The notes under the pieces are model-generated. The model was not told where the DNA came from and did not search any database. It worked only from the letters and a program-made list of their open reading frames with translations. The translations under genes were made by a program, and so were the position numbers. Below are positions 23,845-35,219 of a stretch of 37,927 bases of DNA, piece after piece. How positions within the stretch are numbered: position 1 is the first letter of the stretch; every line of letters begins with the position of its first letter. This DNA comes from Vermamoeba vermiformis (Eukaryota): the NCBI GenBank assembly GCA_045837725.1, contig JBEWZL010000172.1, positions 1-37,927 on the forward strand, given 5' to 3'.

Positions 23845-25188
23845 ATGGCCAACAATGAGCCTGCAGCGATTATTACCGCATTAACTATGAAGCCATCGAG
23901 CAACTCGACAACAATGATGTACATGCTAGAAGCTTTAACAGTGCGTGTACAGCTTGAGCTCCAATCCCGAGTCGTGCACGAAGATCTTATTGCTGCTGAG
24001 TTGGTAAGCTTTCTTCATCACCTTAGCACGAGCATTATAGAAATTATTGTATTATTTTGTATTTTCAAAACCTTACAGACTTCATTGCAACGCAAGTAAC
24101 CAATTTTTTTTTCAAGGTCACGAATCTAATCCACCAAGCTAATCCTGATGGTCGCTGGCATCATATTCCAATGGAGATTGAACGATCAGCGTATTTTACT
24201 CCCTCGAGCAACAGTTCTTACAACTTCAAAACTACTCTCATGTGCACGACAGAAGGCAAGTTCGCGTTCACGTCGAGGATCCGCAACAATAAAGGAGGTA
24301 TGTAGTCGCGGCCATTTTACATTATTCAATAATAGATGTTTTATCAATATAATGAACTTACTGTTATTTTGCCGTCATACAAGTATTTAATCGGATCTGA
24401 ACTTTTCTTAGATTGGATCTGGATCGGTTCATATGGCTCTAATGCAATCGTGGACGTGTTCCCGCCTAATCCTAACTCTAAGTGGACACAGGGACCACAA
24501 TACAACGAAGTGGCACCGAACTTTTTTGTTGGAAATTTTATTGCCGCGAACCAGGTACGCATCCGAGTTGAAAAATATTGTGTACTAGCAGTTATATTAA
24601 TTAATATCGTATTGTCGATAGGCCGCTTCATTAGGCTTTACAGCAATTCTGAACATGGCCGAGGAACTTGACGTCATAATTCCTGCTGCTACTGAGGACG
24701 TGCCGATTCAATACAAAAAAATTCCTGTCCCTGGTACGCATTTGAAATATTCGCAAATATATGAGGATAAAATTTCATTGAGGTCTCAAAACACATCCGC
24801 TCGGGATGAACAAAGATCCAAAAAGTTGATTTGGTTTAGCACGACAAATTAATCTTATGAAGTTATAGATTATATTAATAGCAAGCTAATAATTGTACGA
24901 TCAGACGGAGCTTCGCATCCGATCGCAACTCCACTCGTTGCTCAAGCAGTGGATTGGATCGAGCAAATGTTGGCAGACGGACGCAAAGTCTTGGTGCATT
25001 GCAGGGCGGGAATAGGACGGTCAGGTTCTATCGGTATAGCCTATCTCTATAAGACTAATCCTACATGGAGCTACGATCAAGTGACAAAGTTCATCTGGTC
25101 AAAAAAGCCCGATGTTTATCCGCACAAGAATTTGCACGAGAGTTTGAATCGATTGTACCCGAGAGCTGTAGAGCTGACTGAGAAGTGA
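23845..25188 (+). CDS. Dual-specificity phosphatase with N-terminal beta-rich (possibly carbohydrate-binding) domain; start uncertain
   Basis: YNEVAPNFFVGNF, ILNMAEEL and KVLVHCRAGIGRSG (CX5R motif) across several exons. Confidence 0.85.
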
Positions 25189-25559
25189 CATACTATTCGC
25201 TATTTCACGTGAGATCTGCAACGAAGGAAGGCTACGTGCCCGTGTCCGTTACTTGCTTATTTAAGGTAATCATTGAAGTGCTCAGCATTACCTACTCATC
25301 AAATGCTAACCGACAAAAAGATTATGCCTCGGATATCCCGCAAAAAGAATTGGTTTGTTCTCTTGATTCAAAAAATAAACCGTCACGGCCATTAATACAA
25401 TAGTTCCAGCGTAAAATATGGCAGCCAATGAAAGGTACCTTTTCGTTTTCGGATGATCATCAATTCAACCCGGTTTGACACTGACATCAGTTCTTGTTTG
25501 TCATTTAACGATAACTAATTAACATGTAATAAATTATACAGTTGTATGTGGAGATTAGA

Positions 25560-26380
25560 TCTGTTGAATTGGCTCCTCGGAAACGACAGGGAGGCAATTC
25601 ATTTTTACTTCGAACACCGACATTTGACATTTCTTCTCTGTAAAGGGCCACAATACTAATCCAAATAAAGCACCATGGAGCCTAAGTAAGTTAGTTTTTA
25701 AAGCGCAAAATTAACCAAAGCCAAATAATCAATTTTGAATCAGTTTCAATTACAACTTATTTCATAAAACCTGCCTCGTAAAATATTTTGTAAAATATTT
25801 AGATAAGTTGCAAATTAGTTAATATATTCCCCATAGATCAGGCCATTCGGCTACGGCATAATTTACGCCAAAATATTTTACGAGGCAGGGTTTATGAAAT
25901 CAGTTATAAAATATTTGCGCCAAAATATCGAGTAATAATTCAACAATAATTTGGTTCTACTAACAAAATTAATTCTGGTTAAAATTGACAGATGTGCAAA
26001 ATCTTCTGTATTCGCCTTGCAATTTCGTTATTAATTATTGAACTAGGTCATTGCGCTATGTTAGGGTCGAGAAAGTGAAAAGTCCAGGAAATAAACAAGA
26101 GCGGAACAAAAGGATCCTTCAATTCGCTCAACCCATTCCCCAGGACAAACAATTGCCGTCGCTCGCATGCTATTGGTTCGTAACAACAGAAGTGTTGGAA
26201 GATATTCGATACAACGGCAAATTATTTGCTTGGAAGTCGCAAACTGAAGTGGAAGATTCGAATGGCATCGGGCACTCCCTCTATAAAGTCGATTTTAAAG
26301 CCAAAGAGCGCGGAGCAATTGGTTTTGAATTTAAAGACGGTACTATAGTGCAAGTAGAATGCTTTCCACCACTTGACCTA
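25560..26380. repeat. Inverted duplicate of about 17140-17810
   Basis: Reverse-complement similarity covers exons, introns and upstream sequence, e.g. GAATTGGCTCCTCGGAAA.GACAGGGAGGCAATTCATTTT. Confidence 0.85.
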
Positions 26381-28627
26381 ATATTCGAGCTGCCTTTGGG
26401 TAAAATCACGAATCTCGATTGACATTTAAATCTAATGAAATTAAACAATTGTAATTTACTAATTATAATTCACTGAATTTTAGCCCCACAATAGCTAATT
26501 ATTTCTTTCCGGAGATAGCATATCAAAATATTTACTCGGCAGGTTTACCCCAGCGCGATTACGTGTGAGTTAGTTCCATTTTTCTTTAATAAAATATTGA
26601 CAAAAAACTAGGGCCCAGCAGGATTCAGTCGAAGAAAAGCAGATTCGCCTCCCATCCGTCCAAACGTAAGCGTTGAACGAAGCAATCACATGTATAACGT
26701 AATTTTAAGGTATCGGATATATTGTACACGAGTCCAGGACGTTGGAACTCGACTGGCTGAAGATCTGAGACTCCAAAGAGTCGTTGAAATATCGCAACTA
26801 CCTCCAGGCAATGCTCTTACTGCACGAGCAATTTATTGGTTTGTTACTACTGAACCAGTGGGGATGATAATCGAAGACAAAAACTTGTTTATTTGGAAGG
26901 AGTGTCATACTTTTACCGCTTCCGATGGCGTAACTTACTACTTGAACCAAGTGGACTTTCACAAAAATAAGCGAGGAACTATTCGCTTTAGGTTTCCTGA
27001 CGAGACCGTAGACACTATCTACTGCTTGCCGACTCAGCCAAACAGAAACAAACGAGCCAAACTCTCTCCGACAAATAACAGTGCACAGAATTTCTTCGAA
27101 TTAGAACCTCAATTCAATTTTGAAGCCGTGCTCGATGAGTCTCAAACCGCGACAAACTACAGTGCACAGCCCGGAGGCGGCATGAGCCCGTTCATTAGTG
27201 AATTCACGCGCAGTGCTCAGCAGAACAATAGCCCCCTATTCACCAAGCAGCAGATGTACACGATATCCCACAACGACACGTGCAGTCACAGCGAGGAAGC
27301 CAGCGAGGAGTTGACGCAAGCCGATCAGAATTTCTTCGAATTAGAACCTCAATTCAATTTTGAAGCCGTGCTCGATGAGTCTCAAACCGCGACAAACTAC
27401 AGTGCACAGCCAACGCCGTTCAACGCTGATTATTATGACCTGATAAACCAGTTTGGAAGCAATATTATCTCGCCCAATAGTAGCATCAGCCCTTCGAGTA
27501 GCGGGGAGGTGATGGACGTATTTTATGAAGTTGGTGTGCCGCAAGTACAAACCTCGCTACAGGACCAAGCTTCACCCCAAACCCCATCACAAGTCCAGCC
27601 CCCGCCACAAGTTGTTCCAAATGCTGTGATGGACTACATATTCGCAGTTACGCCACAAACAACTCTTCAAATACCATTCAAGCAGTTAGATATTGGTCGT
27701 CAGATCGGTGAAGGAACGTACGGAGTTATTAGCGAGGCTACATGGAACGGCCAAATGTATGCAGTCAAACGCTTCAAGTTCACGAGCAAGAAAGAGGATA
27801 TAATCAAAGAAACCGAAGTGTTGCAGTACGTGCATAACATTAATAGCGCCCTATTCCAATGATTAACATTAATTTCAGACGATTGCAACACGAGTGCATT
27901 GTGTCTTTGAAAGGCGTCACAACGGATCCAAGCACCAATGAAACAAGGTTAGTTTTGGAGTACATGGCAGATGGATCATTAGACGACCTACTGTCACGTG
28001 ATGGTGCTCACTTGTCGCGAGTGGATGTGATTCAGATCGCGTTGGATGTCGCACAAGGACTTCACTACCTTCATTCACAAAAAATAATTCATCGAGATCT
28101 CAAGAGTGCAAATGTCTTGGTAAGCTATTGCCATGCTTTTTTTGACCACCAATCTCACATACAGCTATTCTAATTAATTCACTGTCAATTATACTAACGC
28201 TTGCTTACAAGCTTTATAATAACAAGAAGCGAGCCAAGATATCGGACTTTGGCACCGTTAGAATATTTTTTAACAGCACCAATACAACTGCAATGGTTGG
28301 TACTTTAGGATTTATGGCCCCTGAAGTTCTTCATGGAGATCCTTACGACAAAAAGGCCGACGTCTATTCGTAAGTTTTACGTGCAAAATGCCGCGCTTTA
28401 TAAACTCATTAGTATTCAGGTTCGGCGCCCTTCTCTACAACATGTTAACGAGAAAAAATTTTCCGATGTTGTTTAAAGACGCCGCTGCTGCAAACGTCAA
28501 GATTCGATCTGATGTTAGCGACTTCGACTTTCAAGAGCTAATTCTCATGTGCTGCAAACTAGAGCAGAACGAACGACCAACGATTGAAGCGTGCATAGAG
28601 ATCTTGAACAGGTTGAAGGAAAATTAA
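25646..28627 (+). CDS. Domain X (probably tandem X-X) - QP-rich linker - TKL-type kinase; 5' end uncertain
   Basis: ORF 26690-27862 (X plus IGEGTYG, AVKR), then HRDLKSANVL, ISDFG, GTLGFMAPE, ERPT. ORF 26051 can splice in frame via intron 26400-26518 and two short exons. Confidence 0.7.
25753..25906. mobile_element. MITE of about 154 bp, probable TA target-site duplication, intronic
   Basis: 32-bp inverted repeat with 1 mismatch (25759-25790 and 25869-25900), extendable outward to flanking TA dinucleotides; absent from the paralogous site near 17605-17615. Confidence 0.8.
26400..27600. repeat. Inverted duplicate of about 13770-14690
   Basis: High nucleotide similarity over introns, domain X and linker; ends where the kinase replaces domain M. 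Confidence 0.85.
27086..27411 (+). repeat. Exact 86-bp direct repeat inside coding sequence (27086-27171 and 27326-27411)
   Basis: QNFFELEPQFNFEAVLDESQTATNYSAQP encoded twice, period 240 bp, in frame. Confidence 0.93.
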
Positions 28628-28847
28628 CGGGTGTAGGTTTGATTAAAGGATGATGCTCCATGCAATAATATTTAGTATTAATTACAGAATAAGGCAGTCA
28701 ATGCGTATGGGGTACCAATTCTTGAGTGCGATTCTTTGGTGTGTACGAAACAAAACCTGTCGAGTTTTCATCTAGTTCTCATTTTACTTAATTCAAAAGG
28801 CGAACCAAGTCTAGTTTCATTTCCAATTTCGTTCTCGATTAATACCA

Positions 28848-30294
28848 ATGGACCTCCTTTCATCGCTAGTCAACACTTTTGCAACAGAGCCAGTGCTCGT
28901 CGGCAATTGGCGTATCAAATGCCCGTATTGCGGTCAAGTGGATCCCGTGGACGGCGCTACAAGGCAACATCCGTGCTCTAAATGTGGCGAGCAAACTAGA
29001 GTTAACAATGGTTTTAACATTGCGTGTGCAAATCCGGAGTGTCCTCAAGCGGATCACGTCACAAACTTCACAAAGATGCACCAATGCTCTGTATGTGGTT
29101 CAAGCAAGGGCGATATCAAGCCGGTGAGGTAAAATCTTTAATTTACTCTTCATTAAATCGATACTTTCAAAAAAAAAAAGTCAATTCTTTTTTGAAAATC
29201 TGATCTTCACCGTGTTGCGTATTGTGGATTTATTAACCTATTAATTACTCGTGCAATAATAACATTACTGATCGGAATTGCTTTATCTTGTTCAGAAAAC
29301 CTTATACAATTCACTACTCCCTGCCATCGCATCCTGCTAAGCAGACGCGTGTCAATATTGCAAACCAAGGTCTTCATATAGACTTTGCGCAATTGCGACT
29401 GCTTCGACTTATCGGCGAAGGAAATTTCGGTGAAATATACGAGGCTTTGTTGAACGGCAACAAGTGTGCTGTGAAGCGCCTCAAGCTCTCAAACGGAAAC
29501 AAAGAGCAACTGATTAAAGAGGCACAAGCTTTGGAGTACGTAATCATAGCGCAAGAATAACGTTCCAATAACGGTGTTTTTCTAGGCAGCTGCAACATGA
29601 GTGCATTGTCTGTCTGAAGGGCACAGCAACGGATCCGAGCACCAATGAAACAGTGATCGTTATGGAGTACATGGCGGATGGATCATTAGACGACCTACTA
29701 TCGCGCGATGGTGCTCATTTGTCACGTGCGGATGTGATTCAGATCGCGTTGGATGTCGCACATGGACTTCACTATCTTCATTCACAAAAAATTATTCATC
29801 GCGATCTCAAGGGCGCTAATGTACTGGTGAGCTTTCGTGATTAATACGATTTGTCAATTAAACTAACGCTTGCTTAAAAGCTTTACAACAACAAGAAGAG
29901 AGCCAAGATATCGGACTTTGGCACCGTTAGAATATTCGACAAAAGCACCAAAGCGTTGACAATAGTCGGTACTATGGGATTCATAGCACCCGAAATTCTG
30001 CAAGAGAAGCCTTACAATTCAATGGCTGACATCTATTCGTAAGTTCGATTCACGAATTTATAACCATCTGACACTGTGACAATTTTCAGGTTTGGCGTAC
30101 TTATGTATCAAATGCTCACTAGAAAACCGCTGCCAATTCTGTTCACTGAGGAGTCGCGTGCAGAGAAGATCAGATCTGAAGTCCACGACACGGACTTTCA
30201 AGATCTCATCATCAATTGTTGCAGAATGGAGCCCACTGAACGGCCAACAATTGACTCATGCATTGAAAAGTTGAGGACATTGGAAGCAAAATAA
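28848..30294 (+). CDS. Double zinc-ribbon - TKL-type kinase
   Basis: CPYC..HPCSKC and CANPEC..HQCSVC exon splices in phase 2 (GTGAG|gtaaaa ... ttcag|AAAA) to IGEGNFG, AVKR, HRDLKGANVL, ISDFG, GTMGFIAPE. Confidence 0.82.
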
Positions 30295-31276
30295 TGTTGG
30301 GCGTGATTGCAGTCCAAGAGCGATTGATTATTGGATCACTTCGGCCAGATCGCGCGTGCTTAAGGATCTAAAATAGAATATTATTGTAAAAAGTATAACA
30401 AACTTATTTTCGTTCTAAATATTGAAATTCTGAGGAGTGCGCCGATGAACGAGGATCTGATCGACAACACCAACCGAAAAAAATTACCCATCTGATATTG
30501 AGTGATTGCTAACTTTCAGATGCTCGAAGACCAAGAAACAAACTGCCTCGCGCTGTTGATGATCCCGCTCGGCCAGGCGAAAAAAAAAGTTGTTGCTTAG
30601 CACTTTTAATGGATGCTGGAGACCAGAACTCTCTTATTTACCTTCTTTTTTACTATTTGTTATTGATGATGGTCAGTGCCACAATTCATGCGATTCTTGC
30701 GCAGGAATCTGCCTGTTGGTAAGGTACGCTAACTAATTATTAAAAAAAATTGCGCGAGCATTTTAAATAAATTCGGCTAAATGGTAAGCGTTTAATCCAT
30801 CCAAATATATTTAAATTAGAATCGAAAAATTTATATTTCGATATTGAAGGCCGCAAGCGGTGGATTCACCCATCTGCCAACTAGATGGCGGATCACGGCG
30901 GATTCATCTCGAACGTAAAACCTCGAGCCATGCTATTTATAAACCTTTGTTGTCATGTGAACCCCAGCGCAGCGAGAAAATGAGCCGAAGAATTGAAAAT
31001 GGATTGCATTTTTTTTACATTACAGAACACCACAAATGAACACGTGCAACACCGACTAAGCTCCTACGATGTCCTTTTTTGCGTGTAAGTACCCACCACC
31101 TTTTGAACGTACATTCAAATTTTAAAAACTGACATCCGGATTTGACACTGTGTTTTTGGCGATAATATTCCTTAACCAACTGGAAGTCTACACGGTAGAC
31201 GTACCAGAATTTGGACATGGCTGCTCCCATTTCTCATAAATAAGCTCAATAGTAGCCCAGGCTATCGTCTGTTGAG

Positions 31277-31544
31277 TAAATCTGAAGCAAACTGACTATC
31301 CCCAAACTCTCAGTGCCTACACACGAGGTTTTTTGCGTCAAAGCTGCCTCAGGCACTTTCGTGCTCATGCTACACCACAACGTGTTACATGCTACTAACA
31401 GTTAGCCTAGCAGGTGATTATGTGAATAAATCTGAAGCAAGCTGACTATCCCCAAACTCTCAGTGCCTACACACGAGGTTTTTTGCGTCAAAGCCGCCTC
31501 AGGCACTTTCGTGCTCATGCTACACCACAACGTGTTACATGCTA
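31277..31544. repeat. About 118-bp direct repeat x2 (period 150 bp, 2 mismatches) just 3' of the transposase gene
   Basis: 31277-31394 versus 31427-31544. Confidence 0.92.
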
Positions 31545-31582
31545 TTCACACAATAGTTAACTGATAACTCCTTGTACAAAAC

Positions 31583-34520
31583 TTAAAGATTTACACCTTT
31601 GAATTTCTTCCAGCACTTCTTGTGTAAGGCAACTTTGCACTGAATGCACTTGTAGCTAAGGCAATTAATTAGTTTGACAAAAGTACACCTACACATACTT
31701 ACAGTGTAGAAGAAGATATCTTTTGAGTTTGACAAAAGAAACAACGCTTGGAGTTGCCAAATTCGTACGCACAGGTGTGGGTGTATGGATTATGCTTTCC
31801 ACTGGCGCGCACAAGATCTAACGCTTCTATTGTGTAGTTTCGTTTCCTTTTTGATTGGAATTCCTCTACCAGGGAGCGCGCTAAATTGGCAAGAAATTTC
31901 TTGGCAGGAATATCACTGTTGGTGAGTCTTTTGAAGAGTGTTTCTGCCTGAACTTGAGCAGAGCGCTCCCAATCTGCAAATACTAAGCGCTCTGTTACTT
32001 TTCGAATCCGGTAGGGCCACTTAAACTTCTTGGCTTTGGAGTTATGCTTATCCACAGAACTGAAGTATGTCCGATATTGTTGCACCAAGTGGGGAGCAGA
32101 GTATGCAAGCTTTTTCTTTTTGTTTCCATCAATTACTTTTTCAGAAATTGAGGCTGCTGTTCCTCGATTACTAGCCCAGTGACAGGTCTTGCCTTGAGGG
32201 TCATAGAATGACATGATGATATCTGAGTCGTTTGTTAAGCTGCGCCATTGTCCTGGCTGTAAACAATGAGCAAGGTTGTTTTGAAACAGGTTAGGGTGTG
32301 ATGTTCCAATAATGCCAACAGTGTATCCAATATTGTGCTTTTGCAGGTGCTGCCATAGTGAGGAAAACTCTCTGTCACAAAATACATGATAGTGTGATAA
32401 GTTTCGAGTTGTCAGATTGTTCCATTCTTCATAATTTGTGGGTTCTCTAATAAAGTCATAAACGTGCCTTTGTTTGTCAGGGAGTCTTGACAATAAAAAA
32501 CTGACGGCTTTTTCCAAATCGAAATTTGTCTTTGATGCTCGTGGAAACATTGTTTTAAATGGTAGAGGTCTTTGCGAAAGTTGACCTGTTTTGAAGGCGT
32601 GATATAACTCTCGCCATTTCTTGAACTTGTCTGTTATGGTAGCAAACAGTCCATATCGAGGAATGAAGCCAGACATCCATCCACTTTCATCAATAATGAC
32701 ATATTCTAACATTGCCCAAGGGAATGGCTTGCGTAATCTGTAAATCTTGTAAATTGACCTTCCTTTCCAAGCATTTGCTTTATCATCTAAAGCAAGGTGG
32801 CTGAATGGCACCCATATTTCTGAGTAGGTTTGATTCAGAGCTGCCCAAACAAAGTACACATCATACCTAAGACCAAAGGTAAGAACCATTACAGTGAGTG
32901 AACAACGAACTTACTTTTTGTTCCGGTGTATAAACTTGAATTCATCTTTTAGCATTGTTTTAGCAATCCACCTGTTGCCCCACATGGCGCGTGAATGCAA
33001 AAAGGAGGCCCAAGAGTCATCAACAGAATGACCTGGCGATAATTGTTGTGCAATTCTAACACCAAGATAAGCGCGCAAATCGACTGCTTTGATGTGCAGA
33101 TTTGCATCTGTTGTTTTTTCAATATGTTCAATTATGTCATTCATCATAAGTAAGTAACAGTCAAGCTCTGTGACACGTAGTGTTGAAGACAGTTTTGGCT
33201 TTCCCAGTTGATGACGTATTGCATTAATTTTTGTTAAGATGAGCTGGTGCTTTGGTCCTGGGTTTGTCAATGGTTGAGAAGTTTTGGGCTTGAATTTACT
33301 CCCATCGTTTTTCCACCCAGACAGTTTTGCTTGAAGTTTAGCTGCCAGTAATGGTTATCAAAATGATTAATGAATGAGAAATCAATACCTTCTTTCACTG
33401 CTGCAGGACTTGCGACTTCTGATGTCTCTTCATTATCTTCTTCAATTGATTCACTCATATCATCACTTTCGTTTGCTTCATATTCACTATCTGATATCTC
33501 TATTGGATCACTTTGACATGATGTTGAGTCCCATTCCATAAAATCATTAAATTGCTGTGATTCATTTCCAATAATTCGTGTGGGTCTGGACTTGGTTGGG
33601 GATGAAATACGCTGTGTGCAGTACACTAAGATATAAGCACTTGCAATTCCCTCAAATAACCTCTGCATGAAGTCTTTGGGAGCCTACATTGAGGTTAGAA
33701 CCTGCAAAATGGCATACTTTGACTACCTTTGAGACGACTGCATCATTGAGTTCAAGCCATTGGTTGTTCGCAAGGCTGTAGGTTACGTAGTGACCCTGTT
33801 TAGCAGTTCCTTGGTGCACTATTATTGATTTGAGTTGGTAGGTCTCTGCATGACCACTACAACTGAGCTTTGCTGGAATAACTAGAGTTGACTTGAAGTG
33901 AAACTTCGCTTCATTCTTGTTGCCCAGATTATCAAAACGCTTAAGGTGGAGGACTAATGCAGTGGGGAATGTCAAAAATTTGTGTGAACCCCAGTCCTTA
34001 TCATTGAATAAGTTAAAATCCAAGTCTTATGCAAATGTTACGTACACTGCTGAAAAGTTGAACTAAACTGTCCACAACATTGCCGGGGGCAACTGGAATT
34101 GAAATATCTAAATTATAAAGTCAATTGAAATTAAGTCGAGTTGCAGCAGTCATTTGTACCTATAAAAGGCTCCATTAATTCTGAACCATTACGTTGTAAG
34201 GCACCACCAAAAACTTGCTTTATAATTCGCTTGAACTCAGAGTCTTCAGTTAACTTGTCCAATAAATTGAGCAGAAACTCTTGTAAATCACGGTGTTCTT
34301 TTTGGTAGCTTGCTTTTGATATTTTCAATAGCCTTGTTAATGGTTCGATATGAATTGTTTTATTACTCTTCATAAGTGTGATAATCTGTCGAAATTCAAT
34401 CGCAAGTTTGTGTGTAGGTTTTGATGATATAACAAGCTCACGGAAAGCTTCAATACTAAATAATAGCTGTAAAGAACTGCTAATGTAGCATGTGGCACCA
34501 AGGTTTACTACTTTGGCCAT
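31583..34520 (-). CDS. USP (peptidase C19) deubiquitinase fused to a piggyBac-type DDD transposase with C-terminal Cys-rich domain
   Basis: NLGATCYISSSLQ, LHLKRF, VHQGTAKQGHY, NDAVV, AYILVY; acidic linker; LRAYLG, IIDES, FCDREFSS, YFSSVD; CFFC...CIQC..LHKKC. Six GT-AG introns keep one frame, including 33342-33388 and 32867-32914. Confidence 0.82.
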
Positions 34521-35219
34521 TGCCGAGGCACTTTTCGAGGTCGCGTGTGGTTCGGATCTAACACATCAAAAATAAACTGAGTAATCATTAGCCATGTATA
34601 AAGTGATAATAACTCACCACTATTGTGCGAAATTTACTGGAATTTGTTTACAAAGATGGCAGAAAAAACTCAAACAATAGAGTCCGGGTCCCCTAAATCG
34701 CCTGTACAAAATCTTCTCAATATGAAGTCGCACACCTATCAATAAGATTGTATTAATAAGAGTGTTACAAATCGAAAGTACGACCCGAATAGTTGCAGCA
34801 CAATGGCCGAACAGATCGGAGGCGTTAATTTTAAAAAATAATTCAAAATAATTCAAAAGTGCTTGTAATTGCTTACGAGGCACTCTATTATTAATATTAT
34901 GATTTATCGCGATGGAATTAGTCGTTAATTTTGTTGTGATGCGAAGATCAGAAAAAACAAATCCAGCATCTGGCTTACCAACCAAAAGTTACGGCACTTC
35001 GCATCAATTGCCGTCAATTCAGGGACCACTTTGTACAGAAATATAACTTTAAGATATAAGTGTGGTCGTTCTATGTTGAAAAACGTAATTTTATTGTTAC
35101 AGTCGACTGCGAAATATGCCGCATAATTAATTCTTATAATATGACTCGGTATCTGGAATTTAATTTTGCATTGCCGAAGGTTAATTCTTATTAATTTTAA
35201 AAACTTATTCTATCTTCAG

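Larger units (their letters stand above)
31277..34520 (-). mobile_element. piggyBac-derived element or domesticated gene; termini not identified
   Basis: Transposase motifs plus an adjacent direct repeat; no convincing TTAA-flanked TIR pair found. Confidence 0.55.

Noticed and set aside
30420-31230. Possible small exons and ORF 31015-31230
   Set aside because: No consistent spliced frame or recognisable motif could be built.
34620-34985. 121-aa ORF upstream of the USP-transposase
   Set aside because: Non-ATG start, AT-rich, and its stop precedes the splice donor, so it is likely UTR/promoter.
35165-35184. CCGAAGG-TTAA as a piggyBac terminus
   Set aside because: No matching TTAA-CCTTCGG inverted partner found at 30.3-31.6 kb.
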